A stretch of 64,000 nucleotides of DNA, from contig JBEIJY010000003.1 in NCBI GenBank assembly GCA_040380025.1, forward strand, positions 1 to 64,000. Reading direction: 5' to 3'. Under the pieces are notes generated by a model, which was not told the origin of the DNA, did no database searches, and saw only the letters and a program-made list of their open reading frames with translations. The translations under genes and the position numbers were made by a program. This stretch comes from Bdellovibrionales bacterium (lineage in GTDB: Bacteria; Bdellovibrionota; UBA1018; CAIMNF01). The first letter of the stretch is position 1, and each line of letters starts with the position of its first letter. Shown piece after piece: positions 55,454 to 63,377 of the stretch.

Positions 55454-57674
55454 AACGAAGGTCCGACCACTTTTGATTTTCATCTTCCTCCCGCTTCTCG
55501 TCCCCGGATGGGTTCGTGCGGGCGTGCTGGTCAATGCACCGCCACCGCACGATCAGCACCAAATGGGCGAAGCCAGCTACACGATCCATCAGGGCGGGAA
55601 CAATACCGGGGTCCCCGCACAGACCGGAACCTTCAATTCCACTCTGGGCTATCGATTCATCAACACGACCCTGAACACCGTCGAGAACCTGATCTGGCTC
55701 GATGTGAGCACGGACGACACCATCCAGGTGGATGCCGGAAAAAAACTCGTGGTGACCCTCTCGACCGGCACCAGTCCCGGTACCGAGATTCCGCTGACCG
55801 GTGCGGGACAGCCCGCGGCACCTAATGCTCCTCCTCCGGCATGCAACTTCGGGACGGTCACCTGTCAGGGGGGAGCGGGCGGAACGCTCTCTGCGATTTA
55901 CCAGCGGGGCTCGGTTCTCAGGGTTTCGTTTTCGGTGCAGGCCCTCTGCGGAGCGGGCGCCACGGGAACGCTCTGCTCGGCAGGTGTCCCCGCGAACTTC
56001 GGGTCGGGGGCGACCCTCTCCCAGTCCATCACGGTGAGCTTCAGTGCCGTGAATGATGGAACCACCGGGACTCTGGGCGGAACGAATTCGGGGACGTTCA
56101 CTCTTGCCGTTTCTGACATCCCTCCGGTGATTTCCTGCCCCGGAAGCGGAAACGTGGTCGATTATTACTTTCCGGGCGACGGCATGGTCTTTTTGGATCC
56201 GTCCCGGTACGGGCTGACCGCGGGTTCCTCGGGGAGTTATGCGGGCTTCGATGTGAAGTCGGTTGTGGTTCTCGCGAATCGTGGCTCTGTGAACGGGTTC
56301 ACCGGCAACTTCGTGCCTGCGAACGAGGTGATCGCCTATGCAAAGGTGAACGGGGGGACCCAGGCGATTCCGGGCTTCGTGAACACCACCAATGGTACGG
56401 ACAACAAGTACCAGGTGAAGCTCTACGCGCAGAACCTTGCCGGAATCGTTTCGCCGCTCGCCTGTGAGGTGACCCATCCGGATTTTCAGTTCCAGTCCCA
56501 GCCCATTCAGGGGGTCTTGAACGAGAGCAAGTGCTTCATCGCGACCGCCGCCTATCAGGACGGACGGGCCGCACCGGTGATGATGCTCCGGCGATTCCGG
56601 GACACGATCCTTGCCAAGCGGGAATGGGGCAGGCGCTTCATCGAAACCTACTACCGGCATTCCCCCGCTTGGGCGGAGTGGGCTTGGGACAAACCGCTGA
56701 TTCGCTCTCTCGCTTTGCGCTTGCTTGCGCCGATCGAGCTTGCGGCCTGGCTCATTCTGAAGGCCTCGCAGGCCGAAGAGGTTTCCCCCCAGCCCTACAT
56801 CGACAGCCTGAAGCAGGAGCTTGGGCTGTCCGGGCCCGCAGTGGCAGAAAGCTATATCGAGAGCGAGAAAGCCAAACTCGAAATCCCCGCTTCGAGCGGG
56901 GATCCAGAGGAATACATCAACCGGCTGAAGGGCGAGATCGGCCCCGGTGACTCGGGAGCCGGATACGCCGAGAGCGAACGGGTGAAATTACCCGAGCAGA
57001 AATCCGGACCGGGACCCATCGAGATGGTCTTGCGGGGCGAGGACCGTCTTCCCGAGCCCGAGAGGCCTGCGATCCATTCTGCTTTGGGGTTCATGGTCGG
57101 AGTCGCCCCCGGCATTGAGGTCACGAATACCGGAGGAGCCTTGCAGTATAGCGACGTATACGGAGGAAAGTGGCAGCCTGAGCTTTTGGTCCATTACGAA
57201 CGGCAACTCTTCCATTCCGAGACATTGGGGAGCTTCGGTCTGGGCGTCGACGGAGGGCTCTCGTTCGCGGACGGGTACGGAAGACTGACTTACCAGTTCA
57301 ATGGCTCCACCGTGTCGCAGACGAAGTTCACGTTTTATCAGTTTCCGGTGCTGTTCTCGGCCTATTACCGCTTCAATTTTTTGAAATTCATCAGACCCTA
57401 CGCCGGCGGAAGCCTCGGTTCGATTTTTTACATCGAAGATCGGAATGACGATGTCGACACGAAACGGGGTTACAATTTCGTGTACGCGGCTCATGCCGGC
57501 GTGAGCATTCTCCTCGATTTCTTCGATTCTCGCACCGCACGCGACGGGTACCTTTCTTCGGGCATCCAGCATTCCTACCTGTTCGCCGAATACCTGTACC
57601 TCGACAGCTTCAATCAAAGCGGCCTCGTTCTGAGCCGTTCCGGGATTTACACCGGATTTCTTTTCGAGATCTGA
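55440..57674 (+). CDS. Exported protein: Thr/Gly-rich N-domain + internal CFI-box domain + C-terminal outer-membrane beta-barrel
   Basis: TTG start with SD AAGGAG, signal peptide; CFIATAAY...LRRFRD..L....GR.FI..YY..SP; barrel strands ending GFLFEI. Confidence 0.75.
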   Translation: MCRNETKVRPLLIFIFLPLLVPGWVRAGVLVNAPPPHDQHQMGEASYTIHQGGNNTGVPAQTGTFNSTLGYRFINTTLNTVENLIWLDVSTDDTIQVDAGKKLVVTLSTGTSPGTEIPLTGAGQPAAPNAPPPACNFGTVTCQGGAGGTLSAIYQRGSVLRVSFSVQALCGAGATGTLCSAGVPANFGSGATLSQSITVSFSAVNDGTTGTLGGTNSGTFTLAVSDIPPVISCPGSGNVVDYYFPGDGMVFLDPSRYGLTAGSSGSYAGFDVKSVVVLANRGSVNGFTGNFVPANEVIAYAKVNGGTQAIPGFVNTTNGTDNKYQVKLYAQNLAGIVSPLACEVTHPDFQFQSQPIQGVLNESKCFIATAAYQDGRAAPVMMLRRFRDTILAKREWGRRFIETYYRHSPAWAEWAWDKPLIRSLALRLLAPIELAAWLILKASQAEEVSPQPYIDSLKQELGLSGPAVAESYIESEKAKLEIPASSGDPEEYINRLKGEIGPGDSGAGYAESERVKLPEQKSGPGPIEMVLRGEDRLPEPERPAIHSALGFMVGVAPGIEVTNTGGALQYSDVYGGKWQPELLVHYERQLFHSETLGSFGLGVDGGLSFADGYGRLTYQFNGSTVSQTKFTFYQFPVLFSAYYRFNFLKFIRPYAGGSLGSIFYIEDRNDDVDTKRGYNFVYAAHAGVSILLDFFDSRTARDGYLSSGIQHSYLFAEYLYLDSFNQSGLVLSRSGIYTGFLFEI

Positions 57675-57675
57675 G

Positions 57676-58554
57676 ATGAAAGTCGCTCTTCGAATCGCTT
57701 ACCTCGGAAAAAACTACTGCGGCTGGCAACGCCAGAGCCGCGAGGTCCTTCCGGCGCGCCTGCCGAGCATCCAGGAGACCATCGAGGGCGCGCTCTCCCG
57801 CATTCATGACTCCCGGATCACCATCGTCGGAAGCGGCCGGACGGACGCCGGCGTGAATGCGCTCGGACAGATCGCGCACTTCTTCTCGCCGAATCCGAAA
57901 TTCACCCCGAGGATTCTCATGAACGGACTGAACTCGCTTCTTCCGCAGGACATTCGCGTGCTGGAGGCATTCCGGGTGGAGGACTCCTTTCATGCCCAGC
58001 GTTCGGCCGTGAAGAAGCAATACAGTTATTACTTCCAGCAGGGGCCTGCGCCGCTCCCCCAGTGGATGGACACTTCTTGGTGGATCCGTCGCACCCTCGA
58101 TGTGGCCGCGATGGACGAGGCGGTGAGGATCCTCCTCGGAGAGCAGGATTTCGCGAGCTTTCAGGCATCGGGGGGGAATCCCGGAAAATCCACCGTGCGG
58201 ACGATTCTCGAAGCCGGAGTTTCTCTTGTTCCGATGCCGGAGTTTCCGGGGGCGGATCTCAACGAGCGGGGTTTCGGAATGGTGCGGGTGCGGCTCGTGG
58301 GCACCGGTTTTTTGAAGCAGATGGTAAGGGGAATTGCAGGAACGCTTCTTCAGATCGGCGAGGCTCAACGAAAAGCATCTGAGATGCGCACAGTCCTCGA
58401 ATCGCGAAGGCGCGAGCTGGTGGGGCCCACTGCCCCTGCAAAAGGGCTGACTTTGGAGCGGGTTTGGTATATACCTGACCTTTATGGAAATTCAGATCAA
58501 GTTAGAGAATGTATCGGCGATCCAGAAGAAATTCATCGTCACGATCCCCGCTGA
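57676..58554 (+). CDS. truA: tRNA pseudouridine(38-40) synthase
   Basis: YLG.NY.GWQRQ, SGRTDAGVNA, FLKQMVR, TAPAKGL.L. Confidence 0.95.
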   Translation: MKVALRIAYLGKNYCGWQRQSREVLPARLPSIQETIEGALSRIHDSRITIVGSGRTDAGVNALGQIAHFFSPNPKFTPRILMNGLNSLLPQDIRVLEAFRVEDSFHAQRSAVKKQYSYYFQQGPAPLPQWMDTSWWIRRTLDVAAMDEAVRILLGEQDFASFQASGGNPGKSTVRTILEAGVSLVPMPEFPGADLNERGFGMVRVRLVGTGFLKQMVRGIAGTLLQIGEAQRKASEMRTVLESRRRELVGPTAPAKGLTLERVWYIPDLYGNSDQVRECIGDPEEIHRHDPR

Positions 58555-59815
58555 AAAAGTTTCGAAAACCGTCGAAAAGAAGTTCCTCGAGACCCAAAAG
58601 GTCGCGAGTCTGAAGGGCTTTCGCCCCGGCAAGGTGCCTCTTGCGATGGTGAAGCAGTTTTATGCCGCAGACGTGAAGCAAAAGGCGCTCCAGACGCTCA
58701 TCAGCGAATCGTATTCGGAAGCAGTCCGCCAGCATCCGCTTCGCATTGTGGGCGATCCCCAGATCGAGGGCGTTCCCCACGGCCATGACCACGAAGAAGG
58801 CCACGAGCACCACCACATTCACATCCACGAAGGCGAGGCGCTTTCGTTCGCCGCGACCGTCGAAATCGTGCCCGAGATCGAACCGAAAGAGTACAAAGGG
58901 CTTTCGCTTCAGAAGGTTTCCGGAGACGTCACCGATGAAGACGTGGCCGGTGTCCGAAAAAGCCTTCTCGACCGCAAGGCCGAGCTGACTCCCGTCGATC
59001 GCGCCGCCGCAATCGGCGACCAGGTGGACTTCAAATACGAAGGACGCGTGAAGACCGAAAACGGCTGGGAGTTGAGTCCTGACCTGAGCGGTGATCGTTC
59101 GGCCGAGCTCGGATCGGGCCAGCTTCTTCCGGAGTTCGAAAAAGGAATCGTGGGTGTGAAGGCCGGCGGAACCAAGACCTTCACCATGACCTATGCCAAA
59201 GATTACCGCGAACAGAACCTCGCCGGAAAAGAAGCCGAGTACACGGTGGATGTCCGCGAAGTGAAAGAAAAACGTCTTCCCGAGTGGAATGAAGAGTACG
59301 CAAAAGAGTTCGGCTACGAGAGCATCGCGGACTTCGAAAAGAAAGCACGCGAGCGCCTCGCAAAAACCAAGCGCGAAGAAGCCGAAAACACCCTCCGCAA
59401 CGGAATGATCACCAAGCTGATCGAAAAGAACCCGTTCGAGGTGCCGCAAGCGCTGGTGTACAGCCAGATCCGTGCGCTCGCCGACGACTACTCGAACGAG
59501 CTCAAGCGCTACGGGTTCAACGAGCAGATGATCCAGTCCGCGGTGGTCAGCCAGCTCGAGGATTTCCGCAAGCGCGCCGAGACCCAGGTTCGCGCGGGTA
59601 TTCTGCTCGATGCGATCGCGAAAAAAGAAAAGATCGAGCCGAAGGCCGCCGATTATGAGGCCGAACTCGCCCGGATGGCCGGCAATTTCGGGGTCGAAGT
59701 GAAGGTCCTGCAGGACCGGTTCGAATCGAGCCCGCGCGAGAAGGCGAACTTCGAGTTCCGCGTGCGCGAAGAAATGACCATTCGCTTGATCCTCGACAGC
59801 GCCAAGATCAAATAA
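58484..59815 (+). CDS. tig: Trigger factor with His-rich insertion
   Basis: GFRPGKVP signature, FKBP-type domain (GDQVDFKYEG...LPEFEKG), C-domain. Confidence 0.93.
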   Translation: MEIQIKLENVSAIQKKFIVTIPAEKVSKTVEKKFLETQKVASLKGFRPGKVPLAMVKQFYAADVKQKALQTLISESYSEAVRQHPLRIVGDPQIEGVPHGHDHEEGHEHHHIHIHEGEALSFAATVEIVPEIEPKEYKGLSLQKVSGDVTDEDVAGVRKSLLDRKAELTPVDRAAAIGDQVDFKYEGRVKTENGWELSPDLSGDRSAELGSGQLLPEFEKGIVGVKAGGTKTFTMTYAKDYREQNLAGKEAEYTVDVREVKEKRLPEWNEEYAKEFGYESIADFEKKARERLAKTKREEAENTLRNGMITKLIEKNPFEVPQALVYSQIRALADDYSNELKRYGFNEQMIQSAVVSQLEDFRKRAETQVRAGILLDAIAKKEKIEPKAADYEAELARMAGNFGVEVKVLQDRFESSPREKANFEFRVREEMTIRLILDSAKIK

Positions 59816-59918
59816 GGCCGGATTCGGCGGTTCCCACCAGAATCTGACAATCCGATCATTCAATTTCATTGATCCCCCCTGACTCCTTGTGGCAGAACAA
59901 GGGCGGGGGGGACCTTGA

Positions 59919-61100
59919 ATGCTCCGACCGATTGCCGCCAGATTCGGAATTTTCATTTTTTCATTCGTCTTCCTGATTGGCCCGGCAAGGGCCGATGCGG
60001 AGCTCGATCGCTTGTACGAGAATGCCAGCGGAGCCCCCCAACTCGCGATGATCGAGCAGGCGAAGACCTCGATCGACATCGAGATTTACTCAATGAAGGA
60101 CTCGTCCGTGTTCCAGGCGCTCACGCGCGCGCTCGATCGCGGCATCACCCTCAGGATCGTCCAGGAACCGAGACCGGTCGCCGACCCGTGCCGGGTGTTT
60201 GATCCGCCGACCCAGGCCGACGAGCCGAAATGCCGTGAACAGAAGAACTTCGTCGGGCTGGTCCGCTCGAAGGGCGGTCGCTATGAGCCTTTCGAAAAGG
60301 CCCTGTGCGGTCCGGGGGACGGTAGCGGAATGTGCTATCAGCACGGCAAGATTCTGATCGTCGATGCGAATCTGGTGGCGATCAGTACGGGCAATTTCGA
60401 TGCCTCGAGCTTTTGCCATCGCGAGCAGGGGCCATCGAAGTGCAATCGCGACTACACGGTCGTCTCGCGCGATCCCAAGGTGGTGCGCGCGATCCGGTCG
60501 GTGTTCGAGGCGGATCTGGCAAAAAAAACCACCGATATTCCCTCGATTCTCGCATCTGCGCCCAGGGTCACCGTGAGTCCGCATTCTCTTGCCCCGATTC
60601 TTTCGTTTTTGAACTCCGCAAAAAAGACGATCCAAATCCAAAATCAGTACCTGAAGAATCCCGATGTCAATGCTGCCTTGATCCGCGCCGCCCAGCGAGG
60701 GGTGAGGGTGTTCGTGATGGTGGTGAGTGCCTGTTTCTTCGGTAGGCCTGATCAGAACGCCGTGGAGCACTGGACCCGCATCTATACCGCATTCGATGCC
60801 GCGGGAATCCAGACGCGCGTGTTCAACTCGAGCATCCAGATCGGCGGGCTTCCCGGCTACTTGCATGCCAAGGCGATTCTGATCGACAGCGCCCGCGCCT
60901 GGGTGGGCTCGGTGAACGGCTCGACAACAAGCCTTGCCGCGAACCGCGAATACGGGATTTTTTCGGACGAGCCCGCGGTGGTGCGGGATCTGGGATCGTT
61001 GATGTACACCGACTATGTGGCGCCCGGCGCGGGCACCTGGCGCGAGAGCCTGCAGTGCAGGCCGGATCACTCCGCATCGAGACTTCCGGAAGAGCCCTGA
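59919..61100 (+). CDS. Secreted phospholipase D superfamily protein
   Basis: Signal peptide ARA; two HxKxxxxD motifs (HGKILIVD, HAKAILID). Confidence 0.88.
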   Translation: MLRPIAARFGIFIFSFVFLIGPARADAELDRLYENASGAPQLAMIEQAKTSIDIEIYSMKDSSVFQALTRALDRGITLRIVQEPRPVADPCRVFDPPTQADEPKCREQKNFVGLVRSKGGRYEPFEKALCGPGDGSGMCYQHGKILIVDANLVAISTGNFDASSFCHREQGPSKCNRDYTVVSRDPKVVRAIRSVFEADLAKKTTDIPSILASAPRVTVSPHSLAPILSFLNSAKKTIQIQNQYLKNPDVNAALIRAAQRGVRVFVMVVSACFFGRPDQNAVEHWTRIYTAFDAAGIQTRVFNSSIQIGGLPGYLHAKAILIDSARAWVGSVNGSTTSLAANREYGIFSDEPAVVRDLGSLMYTDYVAPGAGTWRESLQCRPDHSASRLPEEP

Positions 61101-61111
61101 GGGCCGGTCTC

Positions 61112-61153
61112 AAAACAAAACCGCGCCCCTGGCAGCTTGCCGGGAGCGCGGTT
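61112..61153 (-). terminator. Terminator between convergent PLD and parB
   Basis: AACCGCGC-CCCTGGCA...TGCCGGG-A-GCGCGGTT hairpin with an A-tract on its left (U-tract on the minus strand). Confidence 0.7.
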
Positions 61154-61174
61154 CGGGTTGAGTAATCTCTCGCG

Positions 61175-62071
61175 CTACTTCAGATTCGCGAGCGTGCGAT
61201 CGACCGCCTCCGAGAGCCGCATCAGCTCCGCGCGCATCTGCTCCAGACGCTCGCGTCCTTCGCCGGCCTTCCAGGTGAACCCCGGGATCTTCACTTTCTT
61301 CGGAGTCACCGCATAGGTGAACGGCTTCGGCCCCGTTGCAGGCTTGCTTTGGTTTGTCTTCAGGATTCGCGCCTTCGAGATCAGCAGATCGCCCTCGTCC
61401 TCGCGCGAGGCATTGGCGATGATCGACACATGCTCCTCGACCGGTGCGTTCAGGAGATTCCGGAGGAGGGAGCGGTTCTTCAGGTTCTTCTCTTTCAAAA
61501 GCTCCTTGGTTTCGGCCGGAAGTCGCGTGAATCCGATGCACTCGGTGATGCGGGATTTCTTCTTGCCGAATCCGGTCGCGATCGCCTCGTGGCTCGAATA
61601 CGCACCTGCGGTCAGAAGCGAGTTGTAGCCTTCGCCTTCTTCGATCGGGTGGAGGTCGACGCGGTCGAGGTTCTCGCGCAGGGCGATCTCGTGAACCGCC
61701 TTGTCGGTCGAGTTGATCACGCGCGCGGGAATCCGCTCGAGTCCGGCCAGTTTCGAGGCGCGCAGACGGCGCTCACCGGCGATCACCTTGTAGCGGTCGC
61801 CGTCTTGCACCACGAGGATGGGCTGGAGCACGCCGTGCTCCTTGATGGAGTGGGCGAGGGCCGCGATTTCTTCGTCATCGAAATGCGTCCGCACCTGGAG
61901 CTCGGATGCGTCGACTTTTTCGACCGGGACGAAGTTCACCAGAAACGTGGTGAGGCCCTTCAGTCCGCTGTGGGTGTTGTCGGCGCTCACCCGCGCGGTC
62001 GAGTAGAGTTGCTTCAGATATCCGCTTCCTTGGCGGGTTTTTGCTTCTTTTTTGTTGTCTTTGGTTTCCAT
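61175..62071 (-). CDS. parB: ParB/RepB/Spo0J family partition protein
   Basis: LA.SIKEHGVLQPILV, IAGERRLRA, ENLDRVDL.PIEE, HTH SHEAIATGFGKKKSRITECI; SD AGGAGG. Confidence 0.92.
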   Translation of the reverse strand: METKDNKKEAKTRQGSGYLKQLYSTARVSADNTHSGLKGLTTFLVNFVPVEKVDASELQVRTHFDDEEIAALAHSIKEHGVLQPILVVQDGDRYKVIAGERRLRASKLAGLERIPARVINSTDKAVHEIALRENLDRVDLHPIEEGEGYNSLLTAGAYSSHEAIATGFGKKKSRITECIGFTRLPAETKELLKEKNLKNRSLLRNLLNAPVEEHVSIIANASREDEGDLLISKARILKTNQSKPATGPKPFTYAVTPKKVKIPGFTWKAGEGRERLEQMRAELMRLSEAVDRTLANLK

Positions 62072-62102
62072 TCGTTCCTCCTTGATTTTATGAGAGTTCC
62101 GC

Positions 62103-63161
62103 TCAGTTCAGGAGCTCGCGGGTGAGCTCGGTCAGATCTTGCGCGCCATTTCCCTTCGAGTTCACGTCGAGCACGACGGTCCGGCGCTTGGTGGCCTCGT
62201 TCAGGTCGGCGCTCCGGTTCACCACCGATTGGGCGCAAAAATCGGCGAATTGCGAGCGCAGCTCACCCAGCACTTCCTGGCTGATCACCTCGCGGTTGTC
62301 GTACATGTTCGGGATGATCTTCACATCGAGGGTCCGCCGGAACTCGCGTTGCATCTCATCGATGGTCGCCATGACGAGCGACATTCCGTGGAACGAGAGC
62401 GGATTCGTCGCGCAGATCACGTTCACGCGATTCGAGGCCACCAGCATGGAGCCGTTCAGGATCGATGCGGCCGGGTTCGTGTCGGCGATGATGAGATCAT
62501 ACTGGTCCGAGATGCGGGTGATCGCCTCGGAGAGGCGGTATTCGCGCCGGGTTTTGTTGTTCAGCGGGATCTCGATGTTGCAGAGCTGAAGGTTCGCCGG
62601 AATCAGATCGAGTCCGGGAGAAACATTCATCACGGCCTGATCGATCGGGAGATCATTGATGAGCACATCGTAAATGGTGGGGCGTTCGTGCGCATCGAGC
62701 ACATCGAGATTCACGGTCAGGTGGCCTTGACCGTCGAGATCGATCGCAAGCACGCGGTAGCCCAGGATGGATGCGATCATGACGAACTGCGCCGTAAGAG
62801 TGGATTTGCCGGTTCCGCCTTTTACGTTGTAGAACATCTGGATTTTATTTTTTGGATGCGGCGCGACATGCCTGGTCGCCGCGGCGATCGCGTCGCTCAC
62901 CACAAGAGCGCTTCCTGCGGCTTCCGCGCCTGCGCCCATCAGTTCGGCGCGCACCGATTCGTGAACGCTCAGGTCGAATTCCCGGAGCATTCGAAAGAAA
63001 TTTTGAACCTCCTCAAGGGCGATGACTTTTCGATCGACGTTCCCCACGCGCTTTTTTTGCGTGTTGATGATGCCGTTGTTTTCGAATGCTGGAATGAGAT
63101 TTTTATCGATTTTGGCGAGCTGGGCAAATTCGTTGGGTGTAAAGACCATGTCTCGTAGCAT
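62103..63161 (-). CDS. parA: ParA-family ATPase with N-terminal HTH extension (type Ia-like)
   Basis: SD AAGGAGG before ATG 63161; N-terminal FTPNEFAQLAKIDKNLIPAFENNGII (MerR/excisionase-like HTH); deviant Walker A KGGTGKST, DLDGQG, DLIPAN, DTNP. Confidence 0.9.
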   Translation of the reverse strand: MLRDMVFTPNEFAQLAKIDKNLIPAFENNGIINTQKKRVGNVDRKVIALEEVQNFFRMLREFDLSVHESVRAELMGAGAEAAGSALVVSDAIAAATRHVAPHPKNKIQMFYNVKGGTGKSTLTAQFVMIASILGYRVLAIDLDGQGHLTVNLDVLDAHERPTIYDVLINDLPIDQAVMNVSPGLDLIPANLQLCNIEIPLNNKTRREYRLSEAITRISDQYDLIIADTNPAASILNGSMLVASNRVNVICATNPLSFHGMSLVMATIDEMQREFRRTLDVKIIPNMYDNREVISQEVLGELRSQFADFCAQSVVNRSADLNEATKRRTVVLDVNSKGNGAQDLTELTRELLN

Positions 63162-63187
63162 AGATTCCTCCTTGATCTGTCTCACTG

Positions 63188-63215
63188 AGTGTAAATCGAG
63201 AAGATCAAGAATCAA
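63188..63215 (-). promoter_or_regulatory. Sigma70 promoter of parAB
   Basis: TTGATT-16 bp-TACACT on the minus strand, with a T-rich UP-like element upstream. Confidence 0.6.
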
Positions 63216-63241
63216 TCAAAAACTAAACAAAAAGAGTAGAC

Positions 63242-63357
63242 CGGTCGCCGTGGCGACCGGTGGAGAAAATACTCTCGATGGTGTTGCGTCGGACTCAAGT
63301 CGGTCGCCGTGGCGACCGATGAAGATGGGTTACCCTGATCGGTCGCCACGGCGACCG
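63242..63357. repeat. Three copies of 18-bp palindrome CGGTCGCC-NN-GGCGACCG (candidate parS centromere)
   Basis: Exact copies at 63242-63259 and 63301-63318, reverse-complement copy at 63340-63357, all intergenic upstream of parA. Confidence 0.85.
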
Positions 63358-63377
63358 GTGATTTCATGGATCGCGTC

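Noticed and set aside
55450..55476. Possible frameshift joining MKRRSDHF to the CFI-box gene
   Set aside because: TTG at 55440 has a well-spaced AAGGAG SD and already gives a valid signal peptide
63242..63357. Palindromic repeats as a mini CRISPR array
   Set aside because: Repeats are only 18 bp, spacers are unequal (41 and 21 bp), the third copy is inverted, and no cas genes are present. A REP/BIME or RNA-hairpin role (copies 2 and 3 form a 20-bp inverted repeat) is not excluded, but I saw no other intergenic copies in the window.
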